Origin: Camelus dromedarius
Taxonomy: Eukaryota
Direction of reading: 5' to 3'
NCBI RefSeq assembly: GCF_036321535.1
Contig: NC_087436.1
Span: 27,034,001 to 27,098,000 of the forward strand
Length of the DNA: 64,000 nt
The position numbers and the translations under genes were made by a program. Shown piece after piece: positions 53,761-64,000 of this stretch (its first letter is position 1; each line of letters opens with the position of its first letter). The notes beneath the pieces were generated by a model that saw nothing but the letters and a program-made list of their open reading frames with translations, was not told the origin of the DNA and did not search any database.

Positions 53761-54260
53761 AGTGTAAGTGAGGAACAGTAGATCTTTTTGATTGAAAAGA
53801 CCACTGCAAGATAAAATTCCATAAATCCTAAAACTGAGCCTTATTAAATTCTTTAGGCATAAAACTTAGGCCCTGAGGTCGTGAGAAGAGCAATCTTTAG
53901 TGTATATTTATAGCCCACAGCTCCAATGTCTTCGGGTTGAAGTCTTATCTGCTTTGAGTAGTACAAACGAACAATGAGCTAGCCTTTGAGAGCAATACAA
54001 ATTAATCTCAGTCTTTCAGAATAAAACTTCTCTACTCTTAATCAGTGCTCAGTGTTTCTTTGGTTTGGGGAAATATATTCAAGTTGCCTTTCAGGGAATG
54101 GTAACTTCAAACGTGTTCCACTCTCCCCCACAGCTTCACTCCATAATAGACTAGAGAAGAGTCATCTCATGCCTCTATGATGCTAGAAATGTTGCAAGGC
54201 CTACCCCCATCCTCAGCCACTAACTAGAGACCCACTGTTTTAGGGACTTGGTATGAATGA

Positions 54261-54975
54261 AATACACAAACCTTGAAGAAGATCAGGAAGTACTGTTGGT
54301 TGCTTACAGAAAGAACTTCAGTATTCATTGGAGAGAGAGGTAGTCTTCCTCTTTGGGACACCATTCGTGCCTTTCAGAGCTTAAACAAACATGCCTGTAA
54401 TCTAATCAGAGAGGGGATCAAAGAGCTTATTTGACAACAGTTTGAGAGAGGTTTGTTGGTTCATGAGATTTATACAAAATATGGGGTAAAAGGGACATAG
54501 AAGTGCTTCTTAGGCAATATAGGAATTTGTTATTCTATACCAAAGGCATCTGAATTGAAAAAAAAAAGACCAATGTGACAAAGGCAGAATATGTGTAAAA
54601 GTGAGTTATAGGAATCAGAAGATGAAGATAGCTACAATATTAAGAAGACTGAGAAATTTAATACACACTGTCAGATTCCTGATTTTCCAGAAAAATCCAA
54701 CTTTAGAACTTCTGTATAATAATTAAGCAAGTATGAAGTTCATATGGTAAATCTTAATGAAATGTATATTATTGATGATATTTTTATGCATGTATAATTC
54801 ACAAAGTTTTGATATAGCAGAAATGGATGGGACAGTGAGCTATGTAAGGATACATACTAAGTATGCTACACAACATAATCTCCCTTGATTTTCCCAGGCC
54901 AATTGTAAGAATTCTTATCAGATGCACTATCAAAATATTGCAACTGTTTAGAAGATTTGGTAAATGGAAGGCCAG
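54261..54975 (+). pseudogene. Candidate endogenous viral element: decayed positive-strand RNA virus RdRp, pestivirus/flavivirid NS5B-like
   Basis: Frame from 54261 gives ...LNKHACNLIREGIKELI*...CYSIPKASELKKK. After a shift in the A10 run (54558-54567) it gives DQCDKGRICVKVSYRNQKMKIAT...SQSFDIAEMDGTVS...KIW*MEGQ. QIPDFPEKSNF lies in the first frame at 54672. Motif order and spacing resemble recalled pestivirus NS5B. Not confirmed by any search. Confidence 0.45.
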
Positions 54976-55628
54976 TTATGCTCCGTAGTATCTACTCAAA
55001 TGAACTGAAATCTTCACATGAAATGCAACGTGCTGATATTTGTAGCAGCTTTACTCGTAAGTGCCAAAATGTGGAATCAGCCAAGATGTCTTTCAATAGG
55101 TAAATGAATAAACAAATGTGGTATATCCATGTAATAAAATATTATTCAGATATCAAAAATGAGCTATTAAATCATGAAAGAACGTGAAGTCTTTAATGTA
55201 CATTACTAAGTGAAAAAAGCTAATTTGAAAAGGCTACATACTGTGTTTTCCAACTATATGGCATAGGCAAAACTATGAAGACAGTAAAAAGATCAGTGGT
55301 TGCCAAGGGTTCAAGTAGGGGAGAGAGGGATGACTAGATGAAGCACCGAGAACATTTAGGGCATGAAATTATCCTGATGCCGTAATGGTAGATACATGTT
55401 ACACATTTTTAAAAAATTTATAGAATGTACATTCAAGAGTGAACCTTAATGAATGAACTTTAGTTAATAATATAGTATCAATATTGGCTCATCAGTTATA
55501 CCAAATGTACCACACTAAGGCAAGATATTAATAGAGGACTCGAGGGAGGCGGAAGGATGAAGTATGTAGGAACTCTCTATGTTCTACTCAATTTACTGAG
55601 TTTTGTAGTAAATATGTCTATTTTTTAA
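54976..55628 (+). mobile_element. LINE-1 3' end (L1MC1/L1MC2-like)
   Basis: TAGCAGCTTTA...CCAAGATGTCTTTCAATAGGTAAATG, GAAAAGGCTACATACTG, GGCAAAACTATGAAGACAGTAAAAAGATCAGTGGTTGCCA and CAAATGTACCACACTAA. Confidence 0.9.
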
Positions 55629-57029
55629 ACATCTGTATGTCATGGTTCTGGCCTGGATTTCTAAAACACTGCTGGGAAGGCAGCAGGAACTAAAAGATCA
55701 AAACCCAATGGAACACTTGAAAATTCAAAAGAGACTTTCACATCCTGAATATGATAGGCAAAAACTTTCAGAGCCAAGATCACTGTGTGCATAGTCTCAC
55801 TCTTAATCAGTATGGACCAAACACCCATGAGCTGTGGGGCTTCTTCCACCCCACTCTCAACCTACCCTGATACACACCTACACTCACATAGGATATGCAC
55901 ACACACACCTAAGCTCCAGGGTTTCAACTGACATTTACCCCCTTACAGTACCCTGTAGAGAAGGCATTATGTCCAGAATGATTGAGGTTAAGTTTAGCAT
56001 ACATCTGGAAAGTATGGGGACTCAAAAATGAAAATGTGTTTTTAGTAAAGAGTAAGGAGATTCTGAACTTGAGCACTGACAGCCTTACCTCATTTCAAGC
56101 TTTTATGGATATGTATGAAATCAAACTCTTTATTTCCTTAACCAGAGCAAGTTGTGCTTAGCAGTCAATCAACTGCAACTTGAGTCTACAGCAACACTTA
56201 CATGGAATCAAAATGCAGTGACAGATGCAGCAGGACAATCAGTGGACATTAACTCAGAAAACTCTCCTCATGCCAGAAGTAGAAAATCACTTCTAAATAT
56301 GTGACAGTATGCATTAAGGTGACTTGCTTTAATTATTTTGCATTGTGCATGTGTGAATGTATATGTGTGTATGTATGTGTGTGTGTAAAATTCCTGGCCC
56401 CAACATGTCCCTGGAAGCTAGTCATTCAATGACATTTAAATACTGAATGTCTCATGATGATGTAATTGTGACATGTTCATTATCCCATTTGTTTGTATAG
56501 CCCAATTCTCTTCTCCTAATCTCTTTTTCATTCATTGGTATCCACATACAATGGCACCTCCTTTTTGGAGTTGTCCTTCATTCATATGAGAAGACCTAAT
56601 CCCAGTTTCTGTTGCCTCCTGTTCAAGCCTTATTTAATGAAAGTAACAAACTATTATATTCACCTGTTAAAATGTTACAATACTCTTTAGAATATGAAAA
56701 TCTTATGGATGGGACTTTTATCTTCTAATCTTGTAACACTAGCTCCTCAAAGTACATTTAAGATATAAACATCAGATATGTGTATGTTTCTTGGTGTGTG
56801 ACAAGGCATTTCAAGTCATCATACCAAGTAATTCTTGCAATATTCTTCTGAAGAAGATGTTTGCCAGCATTATCACATACAAACAGGGACCCAAAGAAAT
56901 TGTGACATGTTCACTATCACAACACAGTCAATTACTGAATTCAGTAATGTCCAATCCTGAGGACATTTTTGTTGGAAAAAAAAGAAAGGATAGCTGCTTA
57001 ACGTCACCATTGGTAGCCAGTATTGTTGT

Positions 57030-57180
57030 CATAAAGAATTATTGAATGTTCAATACCTACTACCCATTGCCTTGTGCAATGGTTTCATGTTATCTAATTC
57101 TCAAAACGGGTTATGAAGTAAATTCTACTACCATTATGTAGATGAAGAAACCAAAGCACAGAGATTTCAGAAACCTGCAC
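57030..57180 (-). mobile_element. MIR fragment
   Basis: ATTGAATGTTCAATA...TCTAATTCTCAAAAC...ATTATGTAGATGAAGAAACCAAAGCACAGAGA. Confidence 0.65.
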
Positions 57181-57284
57181 ACACCATTAAATTCATTAGG
57201 TCTAGGAAATATCCAAAGACAGAGATAAACCAAAAACGTCCTTTTCAATTACACCCTAGCTATTTTATTAATTCCTTCAGGAAT

Positions 57285-57621
57285 TCTTGACTTGAAACAA
57301 AAAGAATGCCAGATATTTCCCTAGCAAAGATGGCTTTATTTGGGATGAGCAGAGAATTGCAATTTGAAGTCTGTGACCATGGCAAGCCACGTGCAAGTCC
57401 CCAGCATGGCAAAGGGAGGAGAACACTTAAGAAGGGAAAAGAAGTTGGAAGGGATAGTAAACAAAGAGTCCATGGCTTTTTGTTGACTGAGTCCTTACCA
57501 GGAAAGAAGAGGAATCTTTCTTCTTCCTGTCAGGCTCTGCTCTCGTCACAGGGCATGAGTGCTCACCTTTTTGATCTCCCAACTAGATATAATTAAGGTT
57601 TCTGCTCATTAATATTTTACA
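57285..57621 (-). mobile_element. Solo LTR (ERV-class, subfamily not assigned)
   Basis: GC-richer 337-bp block ending TTTTACA (TGTAAAA on minus); TTTATT (AATAAA on minus) near the other end; 4-bp TSD-like GAAT/GAAG. Confidence 0.6.
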
Positions 57622-58105
57622 GAAGAAATGTAGTAATGTCAACCTATATGCTGTGCTGTTTATGTTATTTAAATATCATATTGATATTTTCTTAATATAC
57701 TGAAAACATACTAAGCAATGTTCATTAAATTGACTTTGATACTAACCCCTGAAAATATGTTAGAAAAACATTTCACCTTCATCTTGAACATAAGTAAATT
57801 CAAGTTCAACAGCATGAACTGAATTTCATAAAAACGTAAGTTCTATAATTTGAAATGGAAATAATTTTTTCTCCTTTCTGTACATTAACTGAAAATAAGT
57901 ATTAAAGGCATTGTAATGAAACATGAGGAAAGTAGAATTAGTCTATGTCTCTAATTTTGGAACCACTGATTTTTCTGAGGAAAATAAATACTTCATTACA
58001 AACATATTTCCCCAAATCCTTTGTATAATACAATATTATTACTCTAATATTGTCAATTCAATTTAGCTTTTGGAATACTGGAAGTTATGTCAAAAAATAA
58101 TTATG

Positions 58106-58490
58106 GAAGAAACTATAATTCAAAAAGATACGTGCGCCCCACTGCTTATAGCAGCACTGTATAATAGCCAAGACAAGGAAGCAACCTAAATGTCCATTGA
58201 CAGGTGAATAAATAAAGATGTGGTATATATATACACAGTGGAATACTACCCAGCCAAAAAAAAAAGAATGAAATAATGCCATTTGCAACAATCTCTAGGT
58301 GGGCCTAGAGATTATCATATTTAGTGAAGTAAGTCAGAAAAAGAAAGACAATTACCATACGATACCACTTATATGTGGAATCTAAAATATGACACAGATG
58401 AACTTATTTATGAAACAGAAAAAGATTCATAGATATAGAAAACAAACTTATGGTTACCAAAGAGGGAAAAGGGAGTGGGGGAGAGAAAAA
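58106..58490 (+). mobile_element. LINE-1 ORF2 end and partial 3'UTR, both 5'- and 3'-truncated
   Basis: AATAGCCAAGACAAGGAAGCAACCTAAATGTCCATTGACAG, GCCATTTGCAACAA and ACAAACTTATGGTTACCAAAG. Flanks AAAAAATAATTATG / AAAAAATGAAATTATG. Confidence 0.9.
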
Positions 58491-59927
58491 ATGAAATTAT
58501 GTATTTTAATTCAACGCTTAGATTTAAGACAGGAAAACAATCTCAATATTCCTTTCAAATAAAATAGACATTTAAATTTACTTCAAATATATAAATTAGA
58601 TTCCCTTAAAGCTAAGGAACATTTTGCTATTTGCTGATATTCTAGGAAAATAACATAGAAACCCACTTCTAAGGACTCTAATGAAGTCTCATGTTTCTGA
58701 TAGAAAGAATTCACACGTGAAAGTACACAAACACATACATACATATACAGATATAATTAAGGGAAATGAGATGCGTGGTGACTTTAAAAGCCTATTTAAT
58801 TTGGTAATAGAAAATTTGTTATACTGGGAAAGTAATGTTGCTGTGTAATGTTGAGGGCAGGATTTAGAAGCTACAGATATCTTTTCTCTATATAAATGTG
58901 TGCGGTGACTTCAGAGTGACCTTTTTCTACATTCTGAGAAGGAGATGCCACATGGAAGATACATTTTTTTCCCAAAGAGATTAGTCAAGAGAGCTCTGTT
59001 GGTGAATTCAAAAGCTTTAATTTAGTTTACTAAGAAGACTGAGAGAAAAATGAAGTTTTTTTTCCTCTCTCTCTCTCTCTAAACCTAGAAGGGTTAGATC
59101 CAAGTGCCCTTTTGAATTGTCATGAAACAGCAGAAGCCACCACTGATATATGGATATATATATATGGATATATGGATAACAATGGATAATAAAATGCTAT
59201 TTTTCTATCAATGCAGCACAACTATTATATGAATTTCTGATGACAACCATTCCCATACAACCAATTAGAAAGTTCTTTCTTTATCAATTTAACTATCAAT
59301 TCTTAGTGTACAGACATTATGGAAAAACAAATTCTGTCCATGGTGTAAAACACATTCTTTTGCTCAGCTCAAGTATGCATTGAGAAGGATAAATGCTTGA
59401 GGAAAGAAAAATGTAGTAAAGCAGCTTTCAGCAAAAAAAGCTGACATGCTTATAATAAGATGGAGAACACAGTTGTGTTTATGCATATTTGGAAGGAAAC
59501 TAAAATGGGAGGGAGGGAACCTCTCTATTTGGTCTAGTTTTCATTATGGCATGCCTGTTACTGGAAGTCCTAAAAGTCCTGGTACTTACCACAATTTGTT
59601 TTCATAATACATAATTAAATTATTTTGTTTAATCTTATCTGTTGTAGAGGTGCTATTCACCTGCTGTTCAAAATTTTGAAGAAGAAAATTTTAATGTGGA
59701 AAATGTAGTACGATGTAAAATGTAGATTAAAAAATCACATATATATGTAATTCTATATCATGATCTTAATTACATCTTCAGAAGCTTTCTGATTATAACA
59801 AATATTTTTGGAAAAGATTATTTGAATGGCTTAGCAATAATTATAATGATGCTAATAATAACTGACATTTAATGATAGTTTATTTTTTGCCAGGCTTGTG
59901 GCTAAGTGTTTTATTCCTACATAGAAG

Positions 59928-60182
59928 TTTTTTTTTAATTGAGGTATAGTTGACATATAATATTATATTAGTTTCAGGTGTACAATGTAATGATTTGATA
60001 TTTGTATCCACTGTGAAATGATCACCACAATGAGTTTAGTCACCATCTATCAGCATACATAGTTACAATTTTTTTTCTTGTGATGAGAACTTTTAAGATT
60101 TACTCTCTTAGCAACTTTCAAATATGCAATGAAATATTATGAACAATAGTCACTGTGCTATATACATTACATCCCCATGACT
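59928..60182 (-). mobile_element. Short LINE-1 3' end inserted in a MIR/L2-like tail
   Basis: TTTTTAATTGAGGTATAGTTGACATATAATATTATATTAGTTTCAGGTGTACAA...TGATGAGAACTTTTAAGATTTACTCTCTTAGCAACTTTCAAATAT. TSD-like GAAGTTTT / GGAGTTTT. Confidence 0.88.
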
Positions 60183-60229
60183 GGAGTTTTCATATGTTAG
60201 TATATCAACACCCCCTAGAGGAGAGGCAG

Positions 60230-60445
60230 ATGTGTAATCATTGAGAGTCTGGATCATCTGACCCAGACATCATGTCTTACTACTTCCAAGTCAGGTCAAT
60301 TAACTTCTCTGGAATTCAATTTTCTCATATTTGAAAAAGAGGTATTACCTCAAAAGTCTGTCATTGGTATGAAGTGGGTTAATATACTTAACTCACTTAG
60401 AAGAATAGCGAGGACATTGTAACTACTCACTAAAAATAATTACAA
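60230..60445 (+). mobile_element. MIR SINE
   Basis: TTAACTTCTCTGGAATTCAATTTTCTCATATTTGAAAA core; CACTTAGAAGAATAGC tail. Confidence 0.65.
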
Positions 60446-63084
60446 TTCTTTGTTTTGCCATAATGAACAATGTACACCAATGTTCAATAAAATAAAAATT
60501 TTGTAGACTTCATGCATAGTACCTAAAATGGAATCACTGGAGCAGGCGCTTTGAATATTTTCATGGCTTATGATTTATGACACCAAAATTCTTCCTCAAA
60601 TTTATGCCCTAATAATTTCCATTCAGTGTAGAGAAGACATATTGGCATGTTCTCCTATCAGAATTGTTAGACTCCCTGTAATTTTAAATTTGAAAACCAA
60701 TAATTTAAAAATATATTCTATTAGCACTTTAAAATTTTACTTATTTTTCTAGTGAAGTCCTAGTAAGTTGTTCATCAATTTGAATAAATATTTTATATAT
60801 TAAGGCTATTACACTTCATTGTGTTACTAGTTTTTTTGGGTTTTTTTTTTGTATTTTGACATGTTTTGTGTGTAGAGTGACTAGCAGAAAGCTTAAAATT
60901 TTTTCCTCTGGTCAAATTAACATTTCCATTTTGATTTCTTATTTTAAATTTGTGCTTGGAAGTTAAATTATAATGCATATCATAAAAATATACTATGTAA
61001 ATATATATTAAATGATATCTATCATATATACCACATAAAAATGTAATATATTTGTGTATAATTTCATCTAGATATATATATACATGTTACACTGACTCCA
61101 TTTCAACAATTTAGAGCACAATATTCTAATATTTTGCAATATTCAATATCAACATATTATACATAAAAATAAGCTCCAAAAGCTCATATACAAAATAATG
61201 AAATGGAAAAGATCTTACTTTAACATATTTCCATCAAAATAGGAGCCTATAAAACATCCTTATACAATAAAAGTAGGTTATCTCTGAAAGCATTATCATT
61301 TTTGAGTTTTTCTGTGCCAAAACATACCCTAGCCTATTCATATTAATTCAGTGAGAACTGCAGTTTTGGTCAAGTATAGACTTTCTTATATGAGTAAACC
61401 ATTGCCTTTGTGAGGGTCAAATTTTATAGATCACTTCTGGATTAAGGAGATATGTTAACATGAGAGAGTGAAATACCTGGATTTAGAGGACAGTCATAAG
61501 CAAAAAAAAAAAAAAAAAAAAAGCAAATATACTGTATATTTTTAAACTTTTAAAATATCTTGTAACCATAAGAAGGAAAGCATGGAATTAAAAATTCCAG
61601 TTTCTCTTGGAGCACAAGTAAATTTTAGCTGGGCCCTGTGCACTGAGAGGTTTCTGCTTCTGCAGGAGCATGTACAGCATATTAAAAGGTAAATCTATTA
61701 GATGCTTCATTTATATGCACAATCACTATTTATTAAGACTTAGGTGTTAAGGATAGTTCTACTCAGTTTTGTTAACCAGTTTAAGCAGTTTTGTTTTGTC
61801 TTATTTTTTGCTCTGGTTTTTGATGTTGTGTTATGTTTATTACTCCCAGAGAATTAATCTCATTTCCTTAAATTAGCTCAAATAAGTGTCTTCTAGAAAG
61901 CAAAAACATTTTGGCATATTGAAACTTTTCTTCTCTTTTTCTTAAAAGTGCAAAATCAGAAGATACTAGCCTGTTTTTTCAGTAATGTGTCAGTGGGAAA
62001 TCATATCAAGCCTCATTGGTGACATATTTGTTACTCCAAAAGAATGCAAATATTGGAAAGTTAAGGCACTGTGAATAGTTCCCAGATAACTGTCATATCT
62101 CCCAATGAGCAGGTATCTGGCACTGACAATGTTTCATTAGCTCCTTAAATTATATCAAGAGCCTGCTAAGCACTCTACATCATCAAGGGGTAGAAGATTT
62201 TCAAAAAGCTATTGTATGTCAGTGCTGTACTGGACTATAAAATAAGAAGATACAGTTGATGGATAGAGGAGAAATTAAAAACATATGTATACCTCAAGTC
62301 TCAGGAAACTTTGCATTAAAAGTTAATATTTAATATTATACGAAAAATAAGGATTTGAGGGCATTGGGCATGTTAAGTATATATGGCATTTAATTTTAAA
62401 TATCAAATAAAAATTTAATTGCTTAAAATATTTTGCAATCCTGAATAAACAATGAACATGAAAATGCCATATCCTAGAGTTACATATTTTTTGTATTTGA
62501 TGTCATAGTATCTCATGCTTGTAAATTCCAAAGGAGTATTTTGACTCCTGAAAAAGTCTCAAATTTCTATTAGGGACATTATTTTCTCTTATTCATGAAT
62601 CCTGCCTTAATCTATTATGAATATCAAAAAAGAAAAGAAAATGATAGCTCAGTAGGAAATGAAAACTCTCCTTGTGTACATTTCCCAGTAATTTCTTAAT
62701 TTTTCTCAAATCATTGGTATGTAAAGAAAGATTGTTAGGGGAATGAAGTGTCTTTGCCAACAGAGATTATAACTTTAATACACATAAAAAGTCTATCTTG
62801 ATGTCTGCTATGCCACCATGAGTATTGAGGTCTATGCTGTTTGAAAGGTGATGCATGTCATATCATTTTACTTGAGTAATATGTTTCCTATTTAAATAAC
62901 ACACAATAAAATTAAAAATGGTGGGAAGTGAAGTCATAAATAATATTTTTAAAGTCTGTGTATCATAATGAAGTGATGTATTCTTTGGTCAGATTCTGCA
63001 CATTATAGAAATGGAATTTTTGATAAAGAAGGAAATTTAGAGCAACTTCTATAGAAGCCCTTTGCTATACTCTGCTTGATTATA

Positions 63085-63220
63085 TTCACCTGTTTATATA
63101 TTTGGTTAATACTATTTGAAGACCTGCTTTGTACCAGGCCCTGTTCTAGGCACTAACTACATTAGTGAAACAAAACAAAGACCCTGCCCTTTTGGAACTT
63201 ACATTTGAGAATGGAGGGAA
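63085..63220 (-). mobile_element. LINE-2 3' terminal fragment
   Basis: ACCTGCTTTGTACCAGGCCCTGTTCTAGGCACT...CCCTGCCCTTTTGGAACTTACATT. Confidence 0.7.
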
Positions 63221-63871
63221 AAAAGAATATTAGGCATGCAGCAGACAGCACTACTGCTGAGCTGTGTGGGAAGGGGCATACAGGTACGTACGTATTAGAA
63301 TACATCAAATATTTCTAGTACTACTTAGATATTATGACACATTCAGAAAGCAGGTAAGACATTCTCTATCCTCATGACTTTGTAACATAAAAGGGGTACA
63401 AAAGAGTAACTTCTCAATGAGTTTAACTAGTCAGTAAAACAATGTCTGACAATTATTTGTAAATGTCCTAGTTTGATTTGGTGTAAGATATGCTCTCTCT
63501 ATCACTTTTTAATAATTTGTTTTTAATACAGTCATTAACATTAACATTTTAAATATCTGTCCATATTCTTATAAAGCAAAAATTAGCAATACATTTCTTC
63601 TCAGCAGATTCAAAACGATCAAATTGTTGAGAGAGTAATATATAGTTAATTGCTACTAAAAAATACATTGATGAGGATTCTGTGACTGGCATCAGAGAAA
63701 AAGGCAAAAAAGTATGCTACAAACTTCAGAATAAAAAGCATCGTCTTTAATGAAGCATTTTATATAAGAATCATATTCTTGTTCAACACTCTGCTCACTC
63801 TTGGATCATATTTCCTGTGTTAAACTTTTCTGCTTTGTTTATTTGCATAGGGTACTTCTGTATTATTATTC

Positions 63872-64000
63872 CAAAAATTCTCAACCTTAGCTGCACATTA
63901 GATATTTCCTTGGGGTTAATTTTTAAAACATATGGAAGAAGATTCTCCACATGTGATTCTCTTTTGTAGACCTGGGTCAGTCCTATGTATAGGTGCATTT
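63872..64000 (+). mobile_element. MER5A1-like hAT-Charlie DNA transposon, truncated by the window end
   Basis: TTCTCAACCTTAGCTGCACATTAGA...TGGGG...TTTTAAAA. Confidence 0.65.

Noticed and set aside
54530..54610. Mononegavirales L-protein (bornavirus/filovirus EVE) reading of PKASELK...GRICVKVSY
   Set aside because: It resembles PKEKELK..GRFF superficially, but the downstream Dx4D motif A and GQ/xGSG motif B fit positive-strand RdRps better than DxxxW(C/N) and GEGxxQK. Kept only as an alternative for the search.

Overview
AT-rich, CpG-poor, repeat-dense mammalian intergenic or intronic DNA. A TSD-flanked tRNA-derived SINE at ~290-400 resembles the camelid Vic-1 family, suggesting a camel, alpaca or llama genome. 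I recognise no intact protein-coding gene: the ORF-track hits are LINE-1 ORF2 remnants or chance ORFs. Much of the window is explained by L1, L2, MIR, MaLR/ERVL/ERV1 LTRs, the DNA transposons MER82, MER58A and MER5A1, and microsatellites; subfamily names are recalled from consensus sequences, not searched. The most interesting signal is a non-repeat, stop-poor segment at ~54260-54975. Read through one frameshift and several stops, it shows positive-strand RNA virus RdRp motifs in the correct order and near-correct spacing (IPK; SFDxxxxD; GQ, with a possible xGSG..TAG and a motif-C-like stretch beyond an old L1MC-type 3' end). It most resembles pestivirus/flavivirid NS5B, so it is a candidate ancient endogenous viral element that needs an HMM or translated search to confirm. 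Secondary observations are a possible TATA/CCAAT promoter with downstream + strand non-coding exons, an L1 5' inversion, a perfect template-switch palindrome and a convergent L1 junction.
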